Made by a program: the position numbers and the translations under genes. Shown one piece after another: positions 8,825 through 17,067 of a DNA stretch of 32,000 bases; the first letter of the stretch is position 1; each line of letters begins with the position of its first letter. This DNA comes from Nostoc sp. PCC 7120 = FACHB-418 (lineage in GTDB: Bacteria > Cyanobacteriota > Cyanobacteriia > Cyanobacteriales > Nostocaceae). Below the pieces are notes generated by a model. That model was not told where the DNA came from. It made no database searches and saw only the letters and a program-made list of their open reading frames with translations. The stretch is taken from assembly GCF_000009705.1 (NCBI RefSeq), contig NC_003272.1, forward strand, positions 3,900,001 to 3,932,000, written 5' to 3'.

Positions 8825-9049
8825 TCAATATCTGAGAATTATCATTTGATAAAATCCCCTGTGTTTTGCTTGGGCTAACCAGTTTGTCCCAAAGGTAATT
8901 TTATCTAACTGCCCGTTAGAGGTGGATGCTTGATTACTATTGGCACAGGCAGCAATCATACTGCTAGCAAGGCAAATAGAACTACATTGAATAAATTGAT
9001 GGCGACTAAGGCGATGAACAGGTGTTAATGCGGGTGGTGATGGATACAT
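8825..9049 (-). pseudogene. Truncated N-terminal remnant of an NMT1/THI5-like ABC substrate-binding lipoprotein
   Basis: 74-aa ORF with a lipobox-like 'MIAAC', then 'KITFGTNWLAQAKHRGFYQ', as in nitrate/sulfonate/bicarbonate-type binding proteins. The ORF stops about 6 aa later, and the roughly 250 aa expected beyond that point are absent. Confidence 0.4.
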
Positions 9050-9121
9050 AGAATAAGAGAATGTTCCTTTTTCAGGTTGAACTCAGTATTCTAAAGATGC
9101 TGAATCCTCCTTCATCAGTTT

Positions 9122-9592
9122 TTAGCTGAGTCGGAAAGTACACTCTAAAATTAATTTTTGATTGACTAAAGAGTATGGCTGAATTTCCAAGGCACGTTTA
9201 AAAGCTTTGATAGCTTTAGCATACTTACCTAGCGCCGCATAACATAAACCGATACCATGAAGTGCGCCAAAATGTACTGGATTAATTTGAATGACCATTT
9301 GACAATCAGCCAGGGATTTTTGATATTCTCCCATACTGTAATAGAGAAAAGCCCGTCGATTCCAAGCCTCTGCAAAATCTGGTTGTTCTTGGATTAATTG
9401 TGTGAGCATTACTTCAGCTTCAGTAATTTCCCCGGCATCCAGTAATTTTTGACTCTGATCAATTTTCTCTAACCCATACATTCCCTTTTGTTGAAACCAA
9501 ATCCGCCAGAGTTTTTTTGTGGCTTGTTCCCGAACTAAAGCATCAGAATGTTTCAAATCTTCAAGTAAAGAACTAATTGATGAAGAATCCAT
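9122..9592 (-). CDS. TPR-repeat protein
   Basis: 156-aa ORF with at least three TPR-like units ('AEAWNRRAFLYYSMGEYQKSLADCQMVIQINP', 'HGIGLCYAALGKYAKAIKAFKRALEIQP'). Confidence 0.8.
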   Translation of the reverse strand: MDSSSISSLLEDLKHSDALVREQATKKLWRIWFQQKGMYGLEKIDQSQKLLDAGEITEAEVMLTQLIQEQPDFAEAWNRRAFLYYSMGEYQKSLADCQMVIQINPVHFGALHGIGLCYAALGKYAKAIKAFKRALEIQPYSLVNQKLILECTFRLS

Positions 9593-10901
9593 GAATTTTA
9601 GAATGATGTTTGTCAGTAATTGTCTCCTTTTATCAAGGTATCAACTTTCGTCGGAAATTGCTTAAGTCAATTTTAAATTCCTCATAAAAATTCTTCGGTG
9701 ATCATAGCAAATTCAGCAAGGGACATGAGATTTTTGGTATTAAGTAATACTCTTGAGCCATAGATTGGCAGATGCACCCTTAAGTAGGGAGGAATTAGAA
9801 CATCAAAGTTTTAAAAACAAAAACTGACTATTAGTGATTGACAAATTCTCAGTAATGAATGGTTCATAAAAAAAATTACAAAACAGTAGTAATGATGCTG
9901 AAGCCAAACAGCTTTCCGGGGCGGTATCCCTATTATCCGTAGCCAATGGGATGCACATTCCCCTGTGGAATCATCTTCATAACCTGATCCTATTCCACAT
10001 CTTTTTGCGTTTGCAGTTGACAGTTAACCGTCAACTGTCCAGAAACCGTACAAGTGACTATGTATTCTTACCTTCGTTCCTATTGAGTACGATTTCAAGG
10101 TTCACACGACTTTGGGCAGCGAGATATGATCCTAATAGCCCTATGTTGACAAGATTTACATTTATCGATGTGGAATATACTGGAAGTATGAGATATAGGC
10201 AATGTTCTTTTCATTTTGCACAACATTGAAAATCTTCACCACAAGAAGTTGGAGTTTTCCATAGCTGTCATGTCATTACCAAAAATCCTTCAATAGAAAT
10301 ATACTCAATAGAGTCTAAAATTGGTGAATAAGCATATAAACGCATAGAACCATACACAACCCATTTATCAGGTTCTTTAGCATATAAAGCATTATTCCTC
10401 ATTCACCAAGTCAATCAAGCTGATATATTAAATAGGAAGACACAAATAAACTTAATTATATTAAGTCAATATCAAGATGAGATAAATTATAACCTTTTTC
10501 TCCTGCTTGAGCAAAATAATAAATAATCACTGGGGCGTACTTATGATATTTGATATATGTAGCTTATTTATTTAAGTAACTGCTGCCCAGAGGACAAATT
10601 ATGGAAATAAATTTGAGTTCGTAACTGAATCATCATCTTCATAAAATATCTATATTTTCTATATAAAAAATTCAAAAAATATAGGGTATGATATCACGGT
10701 ATAAATTTTAATTTTCAATAGTAAAATATAACAGTTAGCCAATCAGTACAGATGAAAGGTGACCACAACACTGAAGGATCAAAGTTTTAAGTACATTATC
10801 TGCTTGCAATGTATACACAGGAAGTATTTTCTATTTACCTATAACTTGAATACTTATTGATTGCCTCAGTCACAAAACTTGTCGATCACACTTAGAAAAT
10901 A

Positions 10902-11306
10902 ATGGGAAACCCAACTATTGGACAATTAGAAAGAGAGATTTCACAACGGGTCAGTTCTCTGTATAATGAGAAGCTGGGACAGAGACCCAGCCAAATTATT
11001 TGTCACTTTTTTGATTCTGAATTGGTGATTTCTTTAGAAAATTCAGTTACCCAAACTGAGCGTACACTGTTGGATGGAGGTCATGAAATTTTAGTCGAAC
11101 AAATAAGAATATTGCTAGATAAAATAATTAAAAGAGAACTACAAATCTTGATCGAGAAAGTGATTGGTAAGCCTATTCTCGATTTGATGAGCAATACTAA
11201 TTTAGCCACAGGTCGTACAGGCATCATCGTGATTTTAGACGAGTTACCCACAGTACGCAATCCAGAATCTATTCCGAAAGTAAACTGGAAGAATGTCGCC
11301 GATTAA
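10902..11306 (+). CDS. DUF2294-family protein
   Basis: 134-aa ORF. 'GQLEREISQRVSSLYNEKLGQRPSQI.CHFFDSELVISLENSVTQTERTL' fits the DUF2294 pattern as I remember it. Confidence 0.65.
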   Translation: MGNPTIGQLEREISQRVSSLYNEKLGQRPSQIICHFFDSELVISLENSVTQTERTLLDGGHEILVEQIRILLDKIIKRELQILIEKVIGKPILDLMSNTNLATGRTGIIVILDELPTVRNPESIPKVNWKNVAD

Positions 11307-11691
11307 CATAATGAGTAATCAAAGTATTTAACTGAATAAAATTATATGGTTTGGTAATGTAGTCATCAGCACCTGTAAGAAAAAGGTGGTCTTGATTCTG
11401 CACCAAAATAAAAGGTATAACAGCAATAATGGGAATATTTGCTGTTTTTGAGTCTTGCTTGAGGTGATTAATTACTTGGCTACCACTTAAATCCGACAGT
11501 ATCATATCTAATATGATGAGATCCGGTTTTTGAGTTTGTGCCAAAATAATTGCTCTAACTCCTTGCTTGGCACAAATACAATCGTAGTTTAAAGTTTTCA
11601 TGTGGGAATTGAGCAGTTCCAAATTATGCAGATTTTCTTCTGCAACTAAAATCAATGGCCGTCTATCCATAAAAAAATAGTCACCCTTCAT
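11269..11691 (-). CDS. Single-domain CheY-like response regulator
   Basis: 'LILVAEEN', 'PDLIILDMILSDLSG', 'ADDYITKP'. The start is ATG 11691 or, more likely, ATG 11670 ('MDRRPLILV'). The 3' end overlaps the DUF2294 gene by 38 nt. Confidence 0.85.
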   Translation of the reverse strand: MKGDYFFMDRRPLILVAEENLHNLELLNSHMKTLNYDCICAKQGVRAIILAQTQKPDLIILDMILSDLSGSQVINHLKQDSKTANIPIIAVIPFILVQNQDHLFLTGADDYITKPYNFIQLNTLITHYVNRRHSSSLLSE

Positions 11692-11966
11692 GCAAGGCTA
11701 TACACCCAAAATTCACTACTCGGTCGAGTATTATAAATCACTCCCAATAATGGACGTCTTTTTTAGTAAGTGATTTGACGGATGTACGAGGCTGACTTCA
11801 CGCGGCTGAGTGCGGCTTGACATGGCTGGCTCGTATGTTCTTGACTAGGTTGAACATTTACGCTGATGTTGAGGGTAAACTGTAACAAGCTAGTAAGTAT
11901 ATCAAGTTAATATCTTGATTCTAAATTAATACTATAGTCAAGTGGTAATTGCAACTTAACTATGTT

Positions 11967-12077
11967 AGGACTTACGCATGAAAACGAGAAATCAAGGGTT
12001 TGGAGAAGGGTGTAGGGGTGTCAATGTTTAAAACCCTTACACCCAGTCTCAACAGACAACCTGGATGCGTAAGTCCT
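11967..12077. mobile_element. MITE-like element (111 bp) with 13-bp terminal inverted repeats
   Basis: 'aggacttacgcat'(11967-11979) and 'atgcgtaagtcct'(12065-12077) are exact reverse complements. The internal arms 'aagggtgtagggg' and 'cccttacaccc' are also complementary. It encodes no ORF. Related copies lie at 2189-2258 and 7637-7746. Confidence 0.6.
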
Positions 12078-12150
12078 ATAGCTATTCAGGAGAGCTAACA
12101 TTAATAGTATGAATTGCTAGGGTTTCATCACTTCTACGACAGCCCGTCTC

Positions 12151-12181
12151 TTGACATAGGTATTCAATTAGAATTATTCTC
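12151..12181 (+). promoter_or_regulatory. Putative sigma70-type promoter with an overlapping Fur-box-like sequence
   Basis: TTGACA(12151-12156), 18 nt, then TATTCT(12175-12180). 'ttcaattagaattattctc' matches about 12 of 19 positions of the GATAATGATAATCATTATC consensus. It lies about 80 nt upstream of the permease gene. Confidence 0.3.
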
Positions 12182-12260
12182 ACTCTTAGTAGATTTGATA
12201 TCCATTACCACTATATTCCTATTACGTCAAGCATCTATTATCAGCAGTCCAGATTAATCC

Positions 12261-13298
12261 ATGAAACTAAAGCAGCGACAGCAAAAAATGTTCAAGAATG
12301 TTAGCGCTGCTTCTAGAAATGAAGCGCGGGTATTTTTAGCTACTTTATTTTTAGTTGTTGTTCTCATTTTGGCAGTAGGCGCTTCTTTATCGTTTGGTGC
12401 TGTCCCCATGACACCAGAACAATTGTGGCTAGCGATTTGGCGACAGGGAGAGCAAATTTATCAAACCATTCTGTGGGACTTGCGCCTACCAAGGACTATA
12501 GCAGCGATTTTGGTGGGTGCAGCTTTAGGAATGTCAGGTTCCCTACTCCAGGGAATGTTACGCAACGGACTAGCCGACCCCTTTTTACTGGGGATTTCTG
12601 CGGGTGCTGGTTTGGTAGCGATCGCCATGTTTAGTTTAGGGGTATTCTTAGCTTGGGTTCCCTTGGCGGCCTGGGTTGGGGGAGTACTGACTACAGTGAT
12701 TGTCTATTTTTTAGCCAGGACTGGGGATGGTATTTCTGTAGAAAGGTTGATTTTGGGTGGTGTGGCGGTAAGTGCCATGTTTGGGGCGATACAGTCTGTG
12801 TTGCTACTGTTAACAGAAGATGGCAGGATACAGGCCGCCTTAAATTGGCTGATTGGCAGTTTAAATGGCCGGGGATGGGCAGAAGTGACTACGGCTGGTG
12901 CTTATATTAGTGTGGCATTAGTCTTGGGATGTTTATTAGCGCGATCGGTGAACTTATTGAACCTGGGGGATGAATTAGCCGTAAGTTTGGGAGTTTCCTT
13001 GGGGCGATCGCGCATTTTCATCGGCGGAGTTGCTACACTATTAGCCGCAGGTGCCGTCAGTATTGGCGGCTTGATTGGTTTTGTTGGTTTAATAGTACCC
13101 CACGGTATCCGCTTACTAGTAGGCACAGATTATCGCGCCGTCTTACCACTCAGCGCCTTGGGAGGTGCATTAGTCATGACCATTGCAGACTTACTTTCCC
13201 GTCTGGGTGCAGTAGAACTCCCAGTTGGTTCCGTCACCGCGTTGCTAGGTTCACCGTTATTTATTTGGTTACTTTATCGTCGTAAAAGCGGAATTTGA
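12261..13298 (+). CDS. FecCD/BtuC-family ABC transporter permease (iron-chelate/heme/B12 type)
   Basis: 345-aa polytopic ORF. 'LRLPRTIAAILVGAALGMSGSLLQGMLRN.LADPFLLGISAGAGL' and a C-terminal 'ELPVGSVTALLGSPLFIWLL' typical of the family. Confidence 0.9.
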   Translation: MKLKQRQQKMFKNVSAASRNEARVFLATLFLVVVLILAVGASLSFGAVPMTPEQLWLAIWRQGEQIYQTILWDLRLPRTIAAILVGAALGMSGSLLQGMLRNGLADPFLLGISAGAGLVAIAMFSLGVFLAWVPLAAWVGGVLTTVIVYFLARTGDGISVERLILGGVAVSAMFGAIQSVLLLLTEDGRIQAALNWLIGSLNGRGWAEVTTAGAYISVALVLGCLLARSVNLLNLGDELAVSLGVSLGRSRIFIGGVATLLAAGAVSIGGLIGFVGLIVPHGIRLLVGTDYRAVLPLSALGGALVMTIADLLSRLGAVELPVGSVTALLGSPLFIWLLYRRKSGI

Positions 13299-13322
13299 AC
13301 TTCTTGATTACGAATTATTCTT

Positions 13323-14102
13323 ATGCCTCTAGAAACGCAAAACTTAACGGGTGGATATACAGCGAAAACTGTAGTTAATAACATCTCCTTAGCAATTGAA
13401 AAAGGTGAGTGGTTGAGTTTAGTAGGTGCGAATGGTTCTGGTAAATCTACCCTACTAAAACTCATGAGTCGTTTATTAGTTCCCCAAACAGGAATTGTAT
13501 TATTAGATGGGAAAGCAATTCATACTCAACCCGCCAATATTGTCGCTCAAAAATTAGCCTTATTACCCCAACAGCAAGCAATTCCTCCAGGGTTAACAGT
13601 CAGGCAATTGGTATCTTTAGGGCGTACCCCGCACCAACCTTGGTGGCAATGGGAATTAAATGTAGAAGATAGAGAAAAAATTGCTGAGGCTTTACATTTA
13701 ACTCAGATGGAAAGCTATCAGGAACGTTTAGTAGAGCAACTTTCTGGCGGTGAAAGACAAAGAGCTTTTTTAGCCCTAGCTTTAGCCCAAGACCCGCAAA
13801 TTCTCTTATTAGATGAACCCACAACTTATTTAGATATTCGCTACCAATTAGAACTATTAGAACTATTGAAAAATTTGAATCAAAAGCCAGGGATTACGAT
13901 TTTAACCGTTTTACATGAAATCAACTTAGCTGCTAGATATAGTTCTCGGATTGCTCTACTTTATCAAGGTAATATTTTTGCTTTAGGAGAACCAGAAATT
14001 GTTCTCACACCAGAAAATTTAGCTGAAGTGTTAGGCGTAGAAGTTGCCATCTTGAATACTCCTGTAGGATTGCAAATTTGTCCATTAGCGCCGATTCAAT
14101 AA
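13323..14102 (+). CDS. ABC transporter ATP-binding protein (FecE/HmuV/BtuD type)
   Basis: Walker A 'GANGSGKST', signature 'LSGGERQR', Walker B 'ILLLDEPT', H-loop 'VLHE'. Confidence 0.9.
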   Translation: MPLETQNLTGGYTAKTVVNNISLAIEKGEWLSLVGANGSGKSTLLKLMSRLLVPQTGIVLLDGKAIHTQPANIVAQKLALLPQQQAIPPGLTVRQLVSLGRTPHQPWWQWELNVEDREKIAEALHLTQMESYQERLVEQLSGGERQRAFLALALAQDPQILLLDEPTTYLDIRYQLELLELLKNLNQKPGITILTVLHEINLAARYSSRIALLYQGNIFALGEPEIVLTPENLAEVLGVEVAILNTPVGLQICPLAPIQ

Positions 14103-14158
14103 AAATTTTGTCGGTAATATATACATACGTAAGTAAATATAAATGATATTTATATGGT

Positions 14159-14177
14159 AAACATGATAATCATTATC
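14159..14177. promoter_or_regulatory. Fur box
   Basis: 'aaacatgataatcattatc' matches 16 of 19 positions of the classical Fur consensus GATAATGATAATCATTATC, with the last 15 nt perfect. It sits in the 320-bp gap upstream of the TonB-dependent receptor gene. Confidence 0.6.
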
Positions 14178-14358
14178 AAAAAATGTTATACTAAACATTG
14201 CTAATGAATCAGCATCTACCTAAAGTAATGATCAAAATAAAACCTGCATCGCAGAGATATTAAAAACCACCAAAAATTGGATTTTTTACAGAATCTCATA
14301 CCAATAATATTCACCCAATTCATAAATAGATGAAGGTAAATATTATGACTTCATTTTG

Positions 14359-14380
14359 CCATTAATCATCATATTAATGG
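14359..14380. promoter_or_regulatory. Perfect 8-bp inverted repeat (ccattaat-N6-attaatgg) in the receptor gene leader
   Basis: Read directly. It lies 43 nt upstream of the ATG at 14423. This could be an operator or a 5'-UTR hairpin. Confidence 0.3.
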
Positions 14381-14422
14381 CGTAATTTTCATGCGTCTTA
14401 ATTTTTTTGCTGAGGAGAATTC

Positions 14423-17056
14423 ATGAAATATTATTTGTTCACAGCAGTTTTGGCGGTGACAATTCCTATAGCTGCACTGGGAAATGAAATACCAGTCAAT
14501 AATAATCCAGTTAATCAGGTAGAAAATGCCAAGTTAACTGAAATCAAAGCCATTAATCTTGAGGAAGTTGACAAAGGAATCAGCATCATCATAGAAACAG
14601 CTAGTGGAGAAATTCCTGAAGGGGAAATTATTGAAAATAGCACCGACGTAGTTATTAAATTAAGCAATGTCAAACTAAATCTTCCTGACGGTAATAACTT
14701 CATCAAAGATAAACCCATTCCGGGAATCAATTCTCTCACCGTTACTCAACAATCTGCAACAGAAGTAGAAATCAAAATCGTTGGAGATGGAACATTACCA
14801 AACGTTGAACAACGAGAAAGTCAAAAGGGACTGGCGTTGAGTGTCATACCCACACCTAAAGCAGTAGCAGCAGAAAATACCATAGAACTCAACGTCGTGG
14901 GAAACCGTGACGCAAATGAAACAGCACCGGCTAACGTCACCATTATCGATAGGGAACAAATAGAAAAACAACAAGCGCGAGATGTCAGAGACTTATTGCG
15001 TTATGAACCAGGGATTTCCGTACCCTATGACAGTCGCGGTGGTTTACAAGGAATCAACTTGCGAGGGTTGAGTGGAAATCGCGTCAATCTGCAAGTAGAT
15101 GGTATTCGTCTACCTTATGAATATAGCTATGGTGCTACTCGTTTGGGTAGAGACTTTGTAGATATTGAAACCTTAAACGCTTTAGAAATTTTCCGAGGAA
15201 ATAATTCCGCAGTATTAGGAAGTGACGCGTTAGGTGGAACAGTTAATTTTGCAACCGCTAGAACTGGAAGTCTATTAGAGAATATTGGTAAAGACTCTTA
15301 TACAAGTGTTCGCGCACAATATAGTAGTAAAGATAGCGGTTTTGTCGGAACATTTGTCCAAGCAAATCGGTTGGATAATATCGACACTCTATTTATCTAT
15401 ACCCGACGTGATAGTGGGTCACTAAAAGTAGCTGGAGGAAACAGCATTTATCAAGATGACCAAGATAGAACCCGCAATAACTTTCTAGGAAAATTAACTT
15501 ATAACTTTAACCAGGAAAGTTTTCTGGAATTGACTGGAGAATATTTCAACAACATTACTGATAGTCGATTCTCCACCGCCAACTTACCAGGAATGGTGTT
15601 TGAAGCTTCAACTCAAGATTTACAAGAAGAAGTCACAACAACTCGTAGCAGATTTAGTCTGGGATATCAATACGATAATCCCAACAGCAAATCATGGTTG
15701 CAATTTGTCCGTGCGAATCTTTATTACCAAAATGCAATTATCGAAGAAGATAGTAACAGGAGTGTCCGCAGTGCGGGAACTATCAGAACAGAAGCAGCAG
15801 ATAAGGATTTAACCGACAGAATTTTTGGGGCAAATGTTCAACTCCGCAGTGATTTTAATATAGGGGATATCAAAAATAGTCTCACCTCTGGGTTAGAAAT
15901 TTCCCACAACTACAACGAACGCAATTACTTTAACTTTATTACCACCACAGGCACAAGAGTAAATGCAGCCGGATTCCCCCAGAAAGACTTTCCTGATAGC
16001 GATACTTTCCGCCTTGGTACTTACTTACAAAATGAAATTTCCTTTGGTGATGGTAAAGTAAAATTAATCCCTGGCTTGCGCTTTGATGTTTACAACTTAA
16101 GCACAGCAAATAATCCTGAATTTACACAAAAACAGCAAGGCGTTGACGCGGTAAATTATTCCACATCTGCACTTTCTCCCAGCTTAGGAATTGTCTATGA
16201 ACCATCTCCAGGATTAACATTATTTAGTAGATATTCCCGTGGGTTTCGTCCCCCACTATATAGCGAACTAAATTTTGCTTTTCGCGCTGATATTCCATTA
16301 CGCCCCCATAAAGGTATTTCTAACCCCAATTTACAAGCAGAAACCAGCAATAACTTTGAACTAGGATTACGTAGCCGTTCCCAACAATTTGATTTTGATA
16401 TTACTGGCTTCTACAACCGTTATAGAAACTTCATTGAACCATCTGTATTTGTTGGTTTTGACACCAATGATTTCGGGACATTTAGAACGGCTGGAAGAGC
16501 GATTCCTTTCCAGATTTTTCAGGCGCAGAATATACCAGATGCAGAAATTTTTGGCTTAGAAATTAAAACAGCTTACCGATTTAGTCCAGAACCTGGTGGT
16601 TTTAGCTTAAAAGGCGCTTTAGGTTGGCAAATTGGTAATGATTTAACCAAAGATATCCCCTTAACTACGATTAATCCTTTACAAGCAGTTATTGGTTTAG
16701 GATATCAGTCCCCAAATGATACATGGGGTGCAGAATTAATCGGTACTTTTGTCGCCCAAGCTAGAGAACAAGCATTAGTTGATGACCAAACTAGTGTACA
16801 GAATGGTGGACAAGCAACCAGAAAAATCGATTTTTATGAACCTGATGCTTATACCTTAGTGGATCTTGTTGGTTACTACAATATCAATCCCCATCTCACA
16901 TTAACGGCTGGTGTTTATAACATCTTCAATACTGAATATTATCAGTATGCGGATGTGCGGACAATTAATAGTAATGCTACCGCTTTTGCGGCGCAACGGG
17001 GGCGTTATGCTCAACCTGGGACAAATTTCGCTATTAGTTTGAATTGGAGATTTTGA
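14423..17056 (+). CDS. TonB-dependent outer-membrane receptor with N-terminal AMIN-like extension (possibly heme type)
   Basis: 877 aa. Signal peptide, an extra domain of about 140 aa, plug motifs ('IDREQIEKQQARDVRDLLRYEPGI', 'NLRGL..NRV...VDG'), 'GFRPP', 'NPNLQAE', and a C-terminal '...FAISLNWRF' ending in an aromatic residue. SD 'gaggag' precedes the ATG. Confidence 0.9.
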   Translation: MKYYLFTAVLAVTIPIAALGNEIPVNNNPVNQVENAKLTEIKAINLEEVDKGISIIIETASGEIPEGEIIENSTDVVIKLSNVKLNLPDGNNFIKDKPIPGINSLTVTQQSATEVEIKIVGDGTLPNVEQRESQKGLALSVIPTPKAVAAENTIELNVVGNRDANETAPANVTIIDREQIEKQQARDVRDLLRYEPGISVPYDSRGGLQGINLRGLSGNRVNLQVDGIRLPYEYSYGATRLGRDFVDIETLNALEIFRGNNSAVLGSDALGGTVNFATARTGSLLENIGKDSYTSVRAQYSSKDSGFVGTFVQANRLDNIDTLFIYTRRDSGSLKVAGGNSIYQDDQDRTRNNFLGKLTYNFNQESFLELTGEYFNNITDSRFSTANLPGMVFEASTQDLQEEVTTTRSRFSLGYQYDNPNSKSWLQFVRANLYYQNAIIEEDSNRSVRSAGTIRTEAADKDLTDRIFGANVQLRSDFNIGDIKNSLTSGLEISHNYNERNYFNFITTTGTRVNAAGFPQKDFPDSDTFRLGTYLQNEISFGDGKVKLIPGLRFDVYNLSTANNPEFTQKQQGVDAVNYSTSALSPSLGIVYEPSPGLTLFSRYSRGFRPPLYSELNFAFRADIPLRPHKGISNPNLQAETSNNFELGLRSRSQQFDFDITGFYNRYRNFIEPSVFVGFDTNDFGTFRTAGRAIPFQIFQAQNIPDAEIFGLEIKTAYRFSPEPGGFSLKGALGWQIGNDLTKDIPLTTINPLQAVIGLGYQSPNDTWGAELIGTFVAQAREQALVDDQTSVQNGGQATRKIDFYEPDAYTLVDLVGYYNINPHLTLTAGVYNIFNTEYYQYADVRTINSNATAFAAQRGRYAQPGTNFAISLNWRF

Positions 17057-17067
17057 AGAGATTAGTC

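Noticed and set aside
9951-10229. 92-aa plus-strand ORF in the long spacer.
   Set aside because: Low-complexity sequence that spans an STRR-like palindrome, with no SD and no family resemblance.
11692-12260. Cobalamin riboswitch upstream of the BtuC/FecCD-type permease.
   Set aside because: I could not find a B12-box-like conserved core. The region is mostly AT-rich apart from the MITE-like element and the GGCTGR island. Fur-like boxes fit iron/heme control better.
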